Notes: generated from the sequence alone by a model not told the origin. Shown: positions 11,314-23,295, counted from the first letter of the stretch. The stretch is 46,375 nt of DNA from an uncultured Polynucleobacter sp. (GCA_964643245.1 CAZXSX010000001.1:6288-52662), one strand, 5' to 3'. Numbers and translations: made by a program.

Positions 11314-11350
11314 GGTGGAAGGGATTTTATGCCTATGGTTTAATCGTTAT

Positions 11351-12256
11351 ATGTTAAGCTCATCCCCAAATTCTTCCAAGAAGCCCTTTAAGCAGGTAGC
11401 GCTCGTTGGCAAATTTCATGCCGACGGCATCGAAGAACATTTAAAAGACCTAGCAAAACTAGTATCTGACCTCGAGTGTGAAGTCTTCATTGAGTCGGAA
11501 ACTGCCGCCCACCTGGGTTTAAATGGCCACCCAACAAAAACTCCCCAAGACTTTGCTGGGGCTATTGATTTAGTGGTAGTCCTAGGTGGCGACGGCACCA
11601 TGCTCGGAATCGCTCGTCAGTTAGCCGGCAGCAATGTCCCGCTTGTGGGAATTAACATGGGCCGCCTAGGTTATATGACTGACATTCCCTTTCAGTCAGT
11701 CAAAGACACTTTGCCCAAAATTATTGCCGGCGAATATGAGGCGGATACGAGAACATTGCTTGAAGGAATTGTGCTCCGCGATAAGAAAGAAATTAATCGT
11801 GCGCTAGCCTTGAATGATGTGGTTGTTAATCGCTCCGGCATTTCTGGAATGGTGGAATTGGCAGTCCACGTCAATGGATCCTTTATGTATAACCAACGAT
11901 CAGATGGTCTGATTATCTCAACGCCTACTGGTTCGACTGCTTACGCTTTGTCTGCTGGAGGTCCGATCCTGCATCCGCATGTCGCAGGAATCTTGCTTGC
12001 ACCGATTGCCCCCCACTCCCTATCCAATCGTCCAATCGTCTTGCCTCAAGACAGTCTTACGGAGATTGAGGTGGTGAATGGTCTTGATGTGATTGTCAAT
12101 TTTGATATGCAATCACAAACCAATTTACAGAGTGGTGACAGAATCCAAGTGCGTCAATCCAATAAAACAATCGCCCTCCTGCATCCCAGCAACCATAGCG
12201 ACTACAAAACTTTGCGTGAGAAATTGCACTGGAATGAATACCCATCGACATTTTGA
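11351..12256 (+). CDS. nadK: NAD kinase
   Basis: 'LGGDGT', 'GINMGRLGY', 'ALNDVV', 'STPTGSTAYALSAGGP'; divergent from hrcA and upstream of recN. Start placed at ATG 11351. Confidence 0.95.
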   Translation: MLSSSPNSSKKPFKQVALVGKFHADGIEEHLKDLAKLVSDLECEVFIESETAAHLGLNGHPTKTPQDFAGAIDLVVVLGGDGTMLGIARQLAGSNVPLVGINMGRLGYMTDIPFQSVKDTLPKIIAGEYEADTRTLLEGIVLRDKKEINRALALNDVVVNRSGISGMVELAVHVNGSFMYNQRSDGLIISTPTGSTAYALSAGGPILHPHVAGILLAPIAPHSLSNRPIVLPQDSLTEIEVVNGLDVIVNFDMQSQTNLQSGDRIQVRQSNKTIALLHPSNHSDYKTLREKLHWNEYPSTF

Positions 12257-12282
12257 TGTCGAGTTTCTTGCTACGCTAATAC

Positions 12283-13953
12283 ATGCTTCAAACCCTCTCC
12301 CTTCGTGACTTCGTCATTGTCGATCAGCTGGAGCTCGACTTTGCTGGCGGCTTTACAGTGCTTACTGGGGAAACCGGGGCTGGCAAATCAATCCTGCTGG
12401 ATGCCTTGAGTCTGGTACTCGGCGAGCGGGCAGATAGCAGTCAAATTCGTGAGGGTTGTAATCGCGCCGAACTTTCCGCGCTTTTTCGCATTGAATCCAA
12501 CCTAATTCCATTATTTAATCAGTGGCTTAACGAACAAGGCTTCCCAACCGAAGAGGATGGTCAAAGTCTCGTACTGAAAAGAACCATTGAAAACAGCGGT
12601 CGCAGTCGAGCTTTTATCAATGGCAGTGTTGCCACGCTGGCGCAACTTCGTGAAGCAGGCGATCAGCTAGTAGATATCCATGGTCAGCATGCCCATCAGC
12701 TCTTATTAAAAAGTGGTGCACAACGCGAACTCTTAGATCGGCATGCTGGCTTATTGCCTTTAGCTAACGAAGTAGCACAAGCCTTCAAGGCACTGAGTGA
12801 GTCACGACAACGCTTAGAGCAAGCAGAAAACGCTGGTCAAGATATTGAGCGTAAGCGTGAGCGCTTGGAGCGGCAACTCAAGGAACTCACTGAGCTTGCG
12901 CCTCTAGAGGGAGAGTGGGCAACCATACAGAACGAACATGCCAGATTAGCAAATAGCGCAAAACTGATTGGTGGCTGTCAAGAGGCGATTGAAATTTTGA
13001 GCGATGCCGATAATTCACTGGAGTCCTCGCTAACCAAAGTTAGCAGTAGTATTAGCGCACTTGCCCAGCATGATCCCGCACTAAGCAATATCAGCGAAGC
13101 ACTTGAAAGTGCGCAGATTCAGCTGAATGAAGCAGTGCATGGCTTAAATCGTTACCTCCAAAAACTGGATTTAGACCCTGCTCGCCTTGAGCAGGTCGAA
13201 GAGCGCATGCAGGCCTTACATGGTGCCGCCAGAAAATATCGCACAGAAGTAGACATGCTTCCAAACTTGCTGCTAGAAACGAGCGAACGTCTGGAGGCAC
13301 TAACAGCCTCACAAAATATCGAGGTTCTTCGCAAACAAGTAGAACGAGAACAGGTTACATACCTTAAGTTCGCGAATCAACTCTCCCAAAAAAGGAGCCT
13401 AGCAGCGACCGACCTCGGACAAAAAGTAACAGAAGCAATGCAAAATTTATCCATGACTGGCGGGCGCCTTGAGATTGTACTCACACCCCAGCAAGAAGGG
13501 GGCTCACATGGCCTAGAGCAGATTGAATTTTTAGTAGCAGGTCACGCCGGTAGCACACCTCGCTCCTTAGCCAAAGTAGCATCGGGTGGTGAGCTTGCTC
13601 GCATTAGCCTAGCAATCAGCGTCATTACGAGCAAAGCATCCTTTACCCCAACCTTAATATTCGATGAAGTGGATGCAGGTATTGGTGGAGCCGTAGCAGA
13701 AACCGTTGGCAAACTGCTGCATCAGTTGGGGCAGTCCCATCAAATCCTCTGCGTTACTCATCTGCCGCAAGTCGCGGCCCAAGGCAACCACCATCTCAAG
13801 GTCAGTAAATCCCAAAATGTAGATAAGACGGCCTCCCAAGTTCAACCCTTGGGAAGATCCGAACGAGTGGAGGAGGTCGCCCGCATGTTAGGCGGAGCAA
13901 CGATTACCGATACCACCCGTCGTCATGCACGAGAACTTCTTCAACAAGAATAG
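12283..13953 (+). CDS. recN: DNA repair protein RecN
   Basis: Walker A 'TGETGAGKS', signature 'ASGGELAR', Walker B 'LIFDEVD', 'CVTHLPQVAA'. Confidence 0.96.
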   Translation: MLQTLSLRDFVIVDQLELDFAGGFTVLTGETGAGKSILLDALSLVLGERADSSQIREGCNRAELSALFRIESNLIPLFNQWLNEQGFPTEEDGQSLVLKRTIENSGRSRAFINGSVATLAQLREAGDQLVDIHGQHAHQLLLKSGAQRELLDRHAGLLPLANEVAQAFKALSESRQRLEQAENAGQDIERKRERLERQLKELTELAPLEGEWATIQNEHARLANSAKLIGGCQEAIEILSDADNSLESSLTKVSSSISALAQHDPALSNISEALESAQIQLNEAVHGLNRYLQKLDLDPARLEQVEERMQALHGAARKYRTEVDMLPNLLLETSERLEALTASQNIEVLRKQVEREQVTYLKFANQLSQKRSLAATDLGQKVTEAMQNLSMTGGRLEIVLTPQQEGGSHGLEQIEFLVAGHAGSTPRSLAKVASGGELARISLAISVITSKASFTPTLIFDEVDAGIGGAVAETVGKLLHQLGQSHQILCVTHLPQVAAQGNHHLKVSKSQNVDKTASQVQPLGRSERVEEVARMLGGATITDTTRRHARELLQQE

Positions 13954-13958
13954 TTGAC

Positions 13959-16754
13959 TTAAACGCTAGAGGGCGCTTTAAAGATTTCTTGCCAGAGATT
14001 CAGAACGCATGCTCTTGCAGCAACAAGCTCTGGCTCAGACGCTAAACCAATACGGGTTTTTTCTGCCCCATCCAAACGGGAGCGATGTTGACGAGCCCGC
14101 AGCAAACGATAGGAATCGCCTACTTGTTTGGCGGCACTAGCCGAAATCAAACCGACTTCACCCGCAATTCGCAGAAGTGCAATATTTCCCAAATTACCAA
14201 TTAATTGTGGGCATTGATGTGAATAAGCCAGGACCAAAAACTGGACAATAAACTCGATATCCGCCATACCACCAGCATCATGCTTTAAATCAAAATCCCC
14301 ACTGGCATTGGGATGCCCTTCATGTACCTTGCGTCGCATATTCAAAATCTCTACCCGCAAATACTCGATATCGCGTTTTTGACTTAGCACCTCTGAGCGA
14401 ACTGCGTCAAATTTGGTGCCAACAGATAGATTGCCCGCAGAGAATCGGGCACGTGTTAATGCTTGATGCTCCCAGACCCAAGCGGCATTGTCGCCTTCAC
14501 GCATTTGGTATTTTTTAAATGCCTCGGTATTGGTCACTAAAAAACCGGCAGGCCCGTTGGGGCGTAAGCGTGTATCGATTTCAAATAAGCTACCGGTAGA
14601 CGTAAATGCTGTCAGCCAATTAATCATTCTTTTGGCTAAAAGAGCATAAATTTCTTGAGCGTCGTAGTCATTCTCTTTGGCTTGATATAAAAATACCAAA
14701 TCCAAATCCGACGCATAACCAAGCTCCTTGCCGCCCAACTTACCATAAGCAATCACCGCAAATTCGGGAGAAACTTCAGGCGGCAAACTAAACTTTTTTG
14801 CAACAGATGGCCATACTCGTTCTAGCGTGACTTCCAATATAAGATCTGCTAATGTGGACAAATGATCGCTCACTTTTTCTACCGATAAAGCATGCCCTAC
14901 CCCAATACCCAAGTCAGCCAGCAAGGTAATAAATGTTTCCGTATGATGGGTAACGCGCAAAATACCCATTGCCTGTTCTGAACCATCGCCATCGGCCATG
15001 ACATCATCTAAACGCAGATTTAAATTCGCTTTTACTTCTTACCAATACTCCTCAGGCCTTTCAATTAGGACTCTTTCGGTATGAGAATTGAGTAAATAAT
15101 CCAGCAAATGGGGGTGTGCAGTGAGGTATTGAGCACCCCATTGGGAGGCTTTCAGCAAAGCCAATACATTCATCAGCGCTTGTGGATATTCAGCCAATAT
15201 CGATAGATATGCACTGCGTCTAGCGATGGCCTCCAGCAAATCAAAAAAGCGCAATAGCGTTTGATCTGAACTTGGGTTGACGCCTTGTTCAGCAATCAAC
15301 TTCTCTGCCGCACTGCGCAACAAGCCATTGAATATGAAGCGACTCTTTTCTGGTAGCAGCTTCGCCCTTAGGACCAGCTAACCAAGCTTGCCAACGAAGC
15401 AAGGATTGCGGAAATACATTTCCATCCAACCCCCAGCCCTGGTCTAACGGAGCAAGTTCGAGACGAACCTCATCATTTAATAAGAACGCTTTCTCGAATA
15501 ATCGTGCCACACAGTTTTGATTGATGATGTTCGAGTTCAGCAAGAAAGATTGTTTCATTATCAAAACCCATAGTCACCGCTAAACGTGAACGCGCAACCT
15601 TATCCTCAGGCAAATAATGCGTTTGCTGATCGTCCCAAACCTGTATACGGTGTTCAAGTCGCCTTAAGAACACATAAGCCGCTTCCAATGCGGCAACCTC
15701 TTCGGCAGGTAATATGCCACGATGTCGAAGGAGGTTAAGAACCTCTAGGGTCGAGCGAATTCGGAATCGAGGATCGGTTCCACCGCGCATTAATTGAAAC
15801 ATTTGCGCCAAGAATTCAATCTCCCGAATACCGCCACGGCCCAACTTAATGTCGCGCGAGCGGCCTTCATGTGCCGCAGAACGTTTCTCCGCTTCGCGCT
15901 GAATTTGCGCATGCAAGTCGCGAATTGAAGCAATTACGCCGTAGTCCAAATGCCTTCGATATACAAAAGGTCGGATGAGCTGATCAAGCACTCTTTCGCA
16001 GTGCTGATAGTCTGCCGATCCTGGTAACGGGGCAATCAATCTCCCTTTAATCCACGCATAGCGCTCCCACTCTCTGCCCTGTACCAATAAATATTCCTCA
16101 AGCATGTCAAGGCTGCAGACTAAATCTCCATTGGGCCTCAAACGCATATCTACACGAAACACAAAACCATTAGCATCGTGCTCGGATAAAAGCTTAATGA
16201 GACGCTTACCCATACGCGTAAACCACTCATGATTAGAAAGGCTCTTAGAGCCTCCGTGCGTATCGCCTTCATGCTCATCAAAAAAATGAGATCAATATCC
16301 GAGGAAAGATTAAGATCATAACCACCAAGTTACCCATACCCACAACCATGAGGGGCATTTCCGAACTCGTTGTCTGGCTCCAAGGAAGCCCAAAACGCAC
16401 TTGTAAATCTTTGCGGATAAATGCAATGCAATCATTCACGGCGAACTGCGCAAAGTGACTGAGGCTATGCGTTACCTCGTCCAAGCTCGCCATACCATTT
16501 AAGTCTCGGAAGGCTAACCACAACATCAAACACTGCCGCGCCAAACGCAAATGCGCCATGAACTCAGCTTCATCAGCATTATTCAGACTATCGAGCGAAG
16601 CTACCTCTAATAAACCCTCGACTTTTTTTGCATCAATCTTTTCGCATCCTTGAGCCCTAAGCCACTCACGCCACTGTGGCTGAGCTTGAAGCCAACGCCG
16701 GGCATATTCAGAGTGTTCCTCTAAGAATGCAATTTGCCTTGAAAATTCATCCAT
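13959..16754 (-). pseudogene. glnE: Glutamine synthetase adenylyltransferase/adenylyl-removing enzyme, multiply disrupted
   Basis: Two nucleotidyltransferase motifs (reconstructed GMGKLGG..SSDIDL; intact YGKLGGKELGYASDLDL) across five ORF fragments. Frameshifts at about 16330, 16278, 15517-15524 (4-bp duplication) and 15365-15367, a TAA at 15039-15041, and an apparent in-frame loss of 'SGP' in RLRPNGD[SGP]L near 16123. Confidence 0.93.
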
Positions 16755-16832
16755 CCCCTCATCTTAATACCGACCAAATACCAATATCCAGAAGCTTGGC
16801 GGCGGCATTAAGCCTGACGGATAATAGAGCCC

Positions 16833-19800
16833 ATGCTGCAAAAGATCATCCCACCTCGCCTCAAGAGCGCTTTTTCAAAACGCCCTCCAGGGTTAAGTGC
16901 AGATTGGCGCAAGCGTATTTTGGTATTAATCGGTGTTGCAGCCGCTCTTTTGCTAATTGGCCACCTCAGCGTAAGGTTTATTGTTTGGCCACAAATCGAG
17001 AAATCAAAGGCATCCGTTGAAAAGCTCATTGGCGCTCGAGCGGGCGTCGATGTATCCATCGATGACCTAAAAGTCTCTTGGACAAGAATCAGACCCTCCT
17101 TTGAAATGAATGGCCTGCGCTTTAACAGTCCAGATAAAACCAAATCATTACTGACGATCTCCAAAATTTATGGTGAACTCAGCTGGAAATCCTTTTATCA
17201 CCTTGCGCCCTATTTTCATGAAATTTATTTTGAAAACGCTGAAATCTATGCACAAAAAAATGCGAAGGGAGCTATCTTTATTGCAGGCATTTCGACTGAC
17301 GGTGACAGCAATGGTTACGCCGCAGAAAACTGGTTGTTTTCACAAGATGCTATCGATATTAACAATGTGAATATTATTTGGGATGACAAACTCAATAAAA
17401 AGTCCCCTCAAAATGTTGGAATACAACGCCTAACATTGAGCAATGGGATACGAAAGCATCAGGGATCAATCACCGCCAATACTCCTTGGAATAGAGGGCC
17501 AGCCGAGGTCAACGTTAATTTTGTACACCACCTTGGTGGTCAAGCAGGAAATTGGCATGATTGGATTGGCAATCTCTCATGGAATATCCAAGGTCTAGAT
17601 TTAAATCAAATTGCCAAAGACTTCAAAATCAATCTTGATAGCTTAGAGGGCAAGCTAAGCTCCAATGGCACTTTAAAAATTGATAATGCCAAACCAGATG
17701 GCGGTGAGTTTTTTATCGCAGTGGATGACCTCGTCGTGCAGTTATCTAAAAAAGAAGATGCGATTGCCTTAGGAAGATTGGAGGCAAATCTTCTACAAGA
17801 GACGAATGATGGCTTAATTGCAATCTCTACTAAAACATTTGCTTGGCGCGAAATGGGTAGCGCAAAATCAGTGCCGCTCGACACCCTTAGCCCAATAACT
17901 TTCCGTTGGCGCCCCCCAGGCGAGGATGGCGAAATTAAAGAATTTGGTTTTTCTTCACCCAAAATTTCAGTGGAAGACATTACGCTATTTGCCCTCAATC
18001 TTCCGCTATCCAAAAAAGTGCATCAGTGGATTAGGGCATCTCAAGCCGAAGGCGATCTAGAGAACTTGGATATTCACTGGTCCGAGAGCAAGTCGCTATT
18101 GTCCGCCCTCAATATCCCTGGCGGCTGGTTTAAATCCAATAAATTGGATTTCAGCGTTAACGCAAAGCTGAATAACCTTAGCTTCAAAGGCATCAATAAA
18201 TCAATGCCTTCGGTTACCAATCTTTCTGGCTTTATTTCCTCCACACAGAAAGAAGGAACTTTTTCTCTCAACTCCAATGATCTTAACCTTGAAGTACACG
18301 ATTTATTGGAGGATCCAAAAATTCAGTTTGATCGGGCTAATGGACAAATCACATGGTCTAAACAACGCGGTCGGTGGATTATTAATACCAAAAAGCTCGC
18401 GCTTAGCAATCCACAAATTTCAACCACGCTGAGCCTAAACTACATTTTAGGCAACCCTAAAGAAGCCGATTTCATGACCTTAGATATGGACTTTGATAAA
18501 GCCAATCTAAAAACAGCTTATCGCTATTTACCGGTAGGCATGGGCAAAGACGTCAGAGTGTATTTAAGCAAAGCATTTGACTCCGGAGCCATTCGTGGCG
18601 GACGTCTGCATATTAAGGGTGACCCTAACCAAGTACCGTTCTCCGATAAGCAACAAGGAGAATTCAGTCTAACGCTCCCCATTATTGGAGCAACGTTTAA
18701 TCCCGTTCCAAACATACCCAGCAACCAAGGCACATGGTCTACGTTTAGTAACGTCAATGGCAATATCCAAATGGCTAATGCCAACTTTTCAGTAGACATT
18801 AGCAAAGCGAACCACAAGCAGATTGCTCTTGCCGACTTTCATGCTGCAATTCAAGATGTTAGCGCGAAACAACTCACATTATCCGTAACTGGTAAAGCTA
18901 ATGGTGATGCAGCACAAATGCTGGAATATTTTTATGCCTCTCCCGCTGGAAAAAGACAAGGCAAGCTTGAAAAAAATCTTCGTGTTAACGGTCCATTGAA
19001 TTTAGATCTTGGATTAAAAATTCCATTGTCAGGCTCCGCTGATACCACTATAGATTTGAAATTGGTATTGTCCGGAAATCGTGCGGAATGGAATGGTATT
19101 CTGCCTTTTGAAAATTTAAAGGGCAATATTCGCATTACCGAAACTAACTCTGAATTTGAAAATGTTTCTGCGAATTTCTTAGGTGGCACTATTAAGATCA
19201 CAAGCGCCGATCAACAGACTAAAGAAATTTACAATGTTACGGGAGATATACAGGCGAATTTTGTTAAAGAGTATTTTGCAAAGTCTGCACGCTCTGATTT
19301 ATATCCAATTCTGAATGCCATGAGTGGTTCCATTAAATATGATGGCAATATCAGCTTCAATAAATTGGGGAGCGACTCAAAGATTCGCTTTGATTTAAGA
19401 AACTGGGGACTAAATGCTCCTGCCCCCGTGAAAAAAATGGTCGGCACACCGTTATCTGGTGAGCTGAGTGTCAAAACATTTGGGGGCGATAGAGGTAATC
19501 TGAATCGGGCTAGCTGGTCTGGAAAATTTGGAGAACTTTACTCTTTACAAGGAGTACTGAGCCGGGATGACGAAATTCGCCTTAGCCTCGGAATTGGCGC
19601 TCAGCCTAATTTGCCACCGCAAGGCTTTAACCTGAATTTAGTCTCCAATGAGCTCAATTTAGATGAATGGCAAGATTTTTTAGAAGCCAAAAAAACGACT
19701 CAATCTCAACCCTTTGATTCAAACTCAAGTAACGCTCAGATTACGGCCCAAGCCAGAAAAATAATCCTCTTCGATCGCTCATGGCCAGATATGAATGTCA

Positions 19801-20924
19801 TTGCGAACCATAAGAAAAATATATGGAATGTGCGCCTAAGTTCACCGCTAACATCTGGTCAACTTCAGTATCAGTCTGCCAACAAAACAAACTCTAGCGG
19901 ATTAGTCAGTGGACGACTCACTAAACTCGTGCTACCAGATCTAATTCCAAGCGCAACCAATCAAGCAAGCGCTTCTAAGAAATCAATCGCCCCTGAATCT
20001 ATTCCTAGCTTAGATGTAACGATTGATCATTTTGCATGGTCAAAAGCGCAGTTGGGTCAAGTGAAAGTGAAAACGAGCACCCTAGATAACACATTAAAAA
20101 TTGGCTCCATTCAAATCAGTAACGCTCAGGGGGCGAGCACCATTAGCGGACAATGGCGTGGCAGCACAAAAAATATGCCAGATCATAGCTCCCTGAATAT
20201 CAGCATGGATATTAAAGATGCCGGGCAAATCATTGCGAACTGGACCACACAAAAGTCTGTTGAAGGAGGGCAAGGAAATGTGTTGGCGGAAGTTGAATGG
20301 GATGGAACACCATTTAAACCGCAGTTTGAGACACTCTCTGGAAAAGCAAGCCTTAATCTAGAAAAAGGTCGCTTGCTGGAAATTAACTCCAGCGGCGCAA
20401 AACTCTTAGATGTTCTTAGTCTTCAAAGTTTATTTCGATTTGCAACGCTTGATCTCCAGGGCAGTTTAGGCAATATCGTTACCAAGGGCACTCCGTTTAA
20501 CTCTATTAATGGTAATTTTGATATCAGTAATGGGGTTGCACAGACTCAGCAATTTAATATGAATCTTGATCAAGCTCGGGTAGCCATGAATGGTCAAATT
20601 AATTTTCCAAAGCAAGCCCAAGATTTACGCATTACTATTTTTCCAACCATTGATGCCACAGCAGGATCTCTCGCAGCCTTTGCGATTAATCCCATTGTTG
20701 GTTTAGGTGCCTTAGTTGGCCAATACCTATTCACCAGCCAAATTAATCGCAGCCTTCAGTCTGATTATTTGGTACAGGGATCTTGGGAGAATCCAGAAGT
20801 GATTCCGCTGGATCAAAAGGGGCAACCAATTGACCCCAAAACATTTGATTCCATTCGTAAAAAAGAATTGCTTAAAGAGCAAACCAAGCCTAGTCTAGAT
20901 AACTCTTCAAAACCCGTTAATTAG
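16833..20924 (+). CDS. yhdP: YhdP/AsmA-like envelope (phospholipid bridge) protein
   Basis: 1363 aa with one N-terminal TM helix, beta-rich repeats and an AsmA-like C-terminus ('YLVQGSWENP'), in the conserved order yhdP-nitrilase-tldD. Confidence 0.85.
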   Translation: MLQKIIPPRLKSAFSKRPPGLSADWRKRILVLIGVAAALLLIGHLSVRFIVWPQIEKSKASVEKLIGARAGVDVSIDDLKVSWTRIRPSFEMNGLRFNSPDKTKSLLTISKIYGELSWKSFYHLAPYFHEIYFENAEIYAQKNAKGAIFIAGISTDGDSNGYAAENWLFSQDAIDINNVNIIWDDKLNKKSPQNVGIQRLTLSNGIRKHQGSITANTPWNRGPAEVNVNFVHHLGGQAGNWHDWIGNLSWNIQGLDLNQIAKDFKINLDSLEGKLSSNGTLKIDNAKPDGGEFFIAVDDLVVQLSKKEDAIALGRLEANLLQETNDGLIAISTKTFAWREMGSAKSVPLDTLSPITFRWRPPGEDGEIKEFGFSSPKISVEDITLFALNLPLSKKVHQWIRASQAEGDLENLDIHWSESKSLLSALNIPGGWFKSNKLDFSVNAKLNNLSFKGINKSMPSVTNLSGFISSTQKEGTFSLNSNDLNLEVHDLLEDPKIQFDRANGQITWSKQRGRWIINTKKLALSNPQISTTLSLNYILGNPKEADFMTLDMDFDKANLKTAYRYLPVGMGKDVRVYLSKAFDSGAIRGGRLHIKGDPNQVPFSDKQQGEFSLTLPIIGATFNPVPNIPSNQGTWSTFSNVNGNIQMANANFSVDISKANHKQIALADFHAAIQDVSAKQLTLSVTGKANGDAAQMLEYFYASPAGKRQGKLEKNLRVNGPLNLDLGLKIPLSGSADTTIDLKLVLSGNRAEWNGILPFENLKGNIRITETNSEFENVSANFLGGTIKITSADQQTKEIYNVTGDIQANFVKEYFAKSARSDLYPILNAMSGSIKYDGNISFNKLGSDSKIRFDLRNWGLNAPAPVKKMVGTPLSGELSVKTFGGDRGNLNRASWSGKFGELYSLQGVLSRDDEIRLSLGIGAQPNLPPQGFNLNLVSNELNLDEWQDFLEAKKTTQSQPFDSNSSNAQITAQARKIILFDRSWPDMNVIANHKKNIWNVRLSSPLTSGQLQYQSANKTNSSGLVSGRLTKLVLPDLIPSATNQASASKKSIAPESIPSLDVTIDHFAWSKAQLGQVKVKTSTLDNTLKIGSIQISNAQGASTISGQWRGSTKNMPDHSSLNISMDIKDAGQIIANWTTQKSVEGGQGNVLAEVEWDGTPFKPQFETLSGKASLNLEKGRLLEINSSGAKLLDVLSLQSLFRFATLDLQGSLGNIVTKGTPFNSINGNFDISNGVAQTQQFNMNLDQARVAMNGQINFPKQAQDLRITIFPTIDATAGSLAAFAINPIVGLGALVGQYLFTSQINRSLQSDYLVQGSWENPEVIPLDQKGQPIDPKTFDSIRKKELLKEQTKPSLDNSSKPVN

Positions 20925-20930
20925 ATTCTT

Positions 20931-21755
20931 ATGAGCCAAGCTGCAACTTTAAAGATCGCGTCGATTCAAATGGTCTCTTCTCCAGACCTACATGAGAATC
21001 TGAATACAGCAGGCAGACTGATTGACGCCGCAACTAAGGATGGAGCAAAAATTATCGTACTTCCTGAGTACTTTTGCATAATGGGGCTCAAAGATACTGA
21101 TAAAGTCAAAATCCGAGAGCCATTTGGTATTGGTCCAATACAAGACCAACTAGCAAACTTTGCCAAAGACAATGCTATTTACTTAGTGGCCGGCACTATT
21201 CCACTAGAAACCCAAGAGCCTGAGAAAGTACGCAATTCCACCCTGATCTTTGACACTGAAGGCCAGCAGATCGGACGCTATGACAAGATTCATCTTTTTG
21301 GCTTTCAGACAAAAACTGAGTGCTATCAAGAATCGGAAACCATTGAAGCGGGGAACGCGCCGAGCACACTAAAAATCTTTCATGACAATCATGAGTGGAC
21401 TTTTGGCCTCAGCGTTTGCTATGACCTTCGATTTCCCGAGCTCTACCGTTCCATGGGAATCGTGGATTGCCACATTATTCCAGCGGCGTTTACTTACCCA
21501 ACTGGTAAGGCGCATTGGGAAATTCTGTTACGTGCCCGCGCAATTGAAAATCAATGCTATGTTCTGTCCTCTGCCCAGGGTGGAGTCCACAAAAATCAAC
21601 GTCGGACTTGGGGGCATAGCCTCCTCATTGACCCCTGGGGCACTGTCTTAGCGGACTTACCTGAAGGAGAGGGTTTTATTTCAGGCGTTTTAAGCAAAGA
21701 AAAAATAAACGAGGTACGCTCTCAGTTACCAGCCCTTGCACACCGAAAGCTTTAA
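20931..21755 (+). CDS. Carbon-nitrogen hydrolase (Nit1-like, deaminated glutathione amidase family)
   Basis: Catalytic triad contexts 'LPEYF', 'YDKIHLF', 'VCYDLRFPE'; also 'RARAIENQ'. Confidence 0.9.
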   Translation: MSQAATLKIASIQMVSSPDLHENLNTAGRLIDAATKDGAKIIVLPEYFCIMGLKDTDKVKIREPFGIGPIQDQLANFAKDNAIYLVAGTIPLETQEPEKVRNSTLIFDTEGQQIGRYDKIHLFGFQTKTECYQESETIEAGNAPSTLKIFHDNHEWTFGLSVCYDLRFPELYRSMGIVDCHIIPAAFTYPTGKAHWEILLRARAIENQCYVLSSAQGGVHKNQRRTWGHSLLIDPWGTVLADLPEGEGFISGVLSKEKINEVRSQLPALAHRKL

Positions 21756-21774
21756 GAAAGTTCTGCCGAATCAC

Positions 21775-23265
21775 ATGACTGCACCAGAAGCACCATTTCC
21801 AGCGAATTGGACCAAAAGCAAAAAGCAGGCGGACCTCATCAAAGTAGCTAAATCGATTCTCCTCGAACCTACTGGCCTCACCGAACAAGATCTTCATCAT
21901 ACTTTTGGCAATCTGTTTAGCCATCGCCTAGATGATGCCGACCTTTTCTTTCAACACACTCGAAGCGAACGCTGGAGTCTTGAGGAGGGAATTGTCAAAT
22001 CCGGCAGCTTTAGCATTGATCAAGGCGTTGGTGTGCGAGCAATATACGGGGATAAAACGGCTTTTGCATACTCTGATGAAATTAATCTAGAGGCTTTGAG
22101 CAAAGCGGCCAAATCGACGCGAGTAATCGGCCCTCAGGGAGGCAAACAAACCGTAGCCAAAAAAATATTTAATCCGGCCCCGCACAAGCTTTATTCAGAC
22201 CTAAACCCGCTCGACTCTTTGCAACCCAAAGAAAAAATTGCTCTGCTTGAGAGTATTGAGCGTCGCGCAAAGGCGCGCGATCCCCGCATTATTCAGGTTA
22301 TGGCCAGTCTTGCTGGTGAATTTGAAGTGGTACTTGTCGCAAGAGCCAATGGATTGCTTGCGGCAGATATTCGTCCGCTAGTTCGTGTCTCTGTCCATGT
22401 CATCGCCGAACAAAATGGGCGTCGCGAATCCGGCTCCTCCGGTGGCGGTGCACGTCATGATTATCTTTATTTTGATGCAGATCTAATAAACCACTATGTC
22501 GATGAAGCGGTTGATGGCGCGCTGATTAATTTAGAGTCACGCCCTGCCCCTGCAGGCCCGATGACCGTTGTGATGGGCCCTGGCTGGCCAGGCGTACTTT
22601 TACACGAAGCCGTTGGTCATGGACTTGAAGGTGACTTTAATCGCAAAGGGTCTTCTGCATTTGCAGGACGTATTGGTGAACGGGTTGCTGCTAAGGGAGT
22701 GACCGTAGTGGATGACGGCACTTTATCAGGACGCAGAGGGTCTCTGAATATTGATGATGAAGGCACCCCAACGCAATGCACGACACTGATTGAAGATGGG
22801 ATTTTGAAAGGCTATATTCAAGATAGTCTGAACGCTAGATTGATGAAAATGCCACTCACCGGCAACGGTCGTCGCGAAAGTTTCGCCTCTCTTCCAATGC
22901 CGCGCATGACCAACACCTACATGCTCGCCGGCAAAGATGACCCCCAAGAAATTGTGGCAAGTATTAAGCGGGGGCTTTACGCCGTTAATTTTGGCGGGGG
23001 TCAGGTTGACATCACCAGCGGTAAGTTTGTCTTCTCCGCATCGGAAGCCTATTGGGTAGAAAATGGAAAAATCCAATACCCCGTTAAGGGCGCCACCATT
23101 ATCGGAAGCGGTCCAGAGTCCTTGAAGCAGGTTTCCATGATTGGCAACAACCTCAAATTGGATGGTGGCGTAGGCGTTTGCGGCAAGGAAGGTCAAAGCG
23201 TTCCGGTTGGGGTTGGACAGCCGACACTGAAGATTGATAGCCTCACCGTAGGTGGAACCGCCTAA
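21775..23265 (+). CDS. tldD: Metalloprotease TldD
   Basis: '[13 protein letters not shown]', 'PMPRMTNTY', '[16 protein letters not shown]'. Start placed at ATG 21775. Confidence 0.95.
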   Translation: MTAPEAPFPANWTKSKKQADLIKVAKSILLEPTGLTEQDLHHTFGNLFSHRLDDADLFFQHTRSERWSLEEGIVKSGSFSIDQGVGVRAIYGDKTAFAYSDEINLEALSKAAKSTRVIGPQGGKQTVAKKIFNPAPHKLYSDLNPLDSLQPKEKIALLESIERRAKARDPRIIQVMASLAGEFEVVLVARANGLLAADIRPLVRVSVHVIAEQNGRRESGSSGGGARHDYLYFDADLINHYVDEAVDGALINLESRPAPAGPMTVVMGPGWPGVLLHEAVGHGLEGDFNRKGSSAFAGRIGERVAAKGVTVVDDGTLSGRRGSLNIDDEGTPTQCTTLIEDGILKGYIQDSLNARLMKMPLTGNGRRESFASLPMPRMTNTYMLAGKDDPQEIVASIKRGLYAVNFGGGQVDITSGKFVFSASEAYWVENGKIQYPVKGATIIGSGPESLKQVSMIGNNLKLDGGVGVCGKEGQSVPVGVGQPTLKIDSLTVGGTA

Positions 23266-23295
23266 TATTGGTAAATTACGGCTTAAAATAGTCGT

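Noticed and set aside
16738-16762. Sigma-32-like CTTGAA-N13-CCTCAT before yhdP
   Set aside because: It overlaps the first codons and upstream signals of glnE on the other strand, and yhdP has a better-placed -10 next to its ATG.
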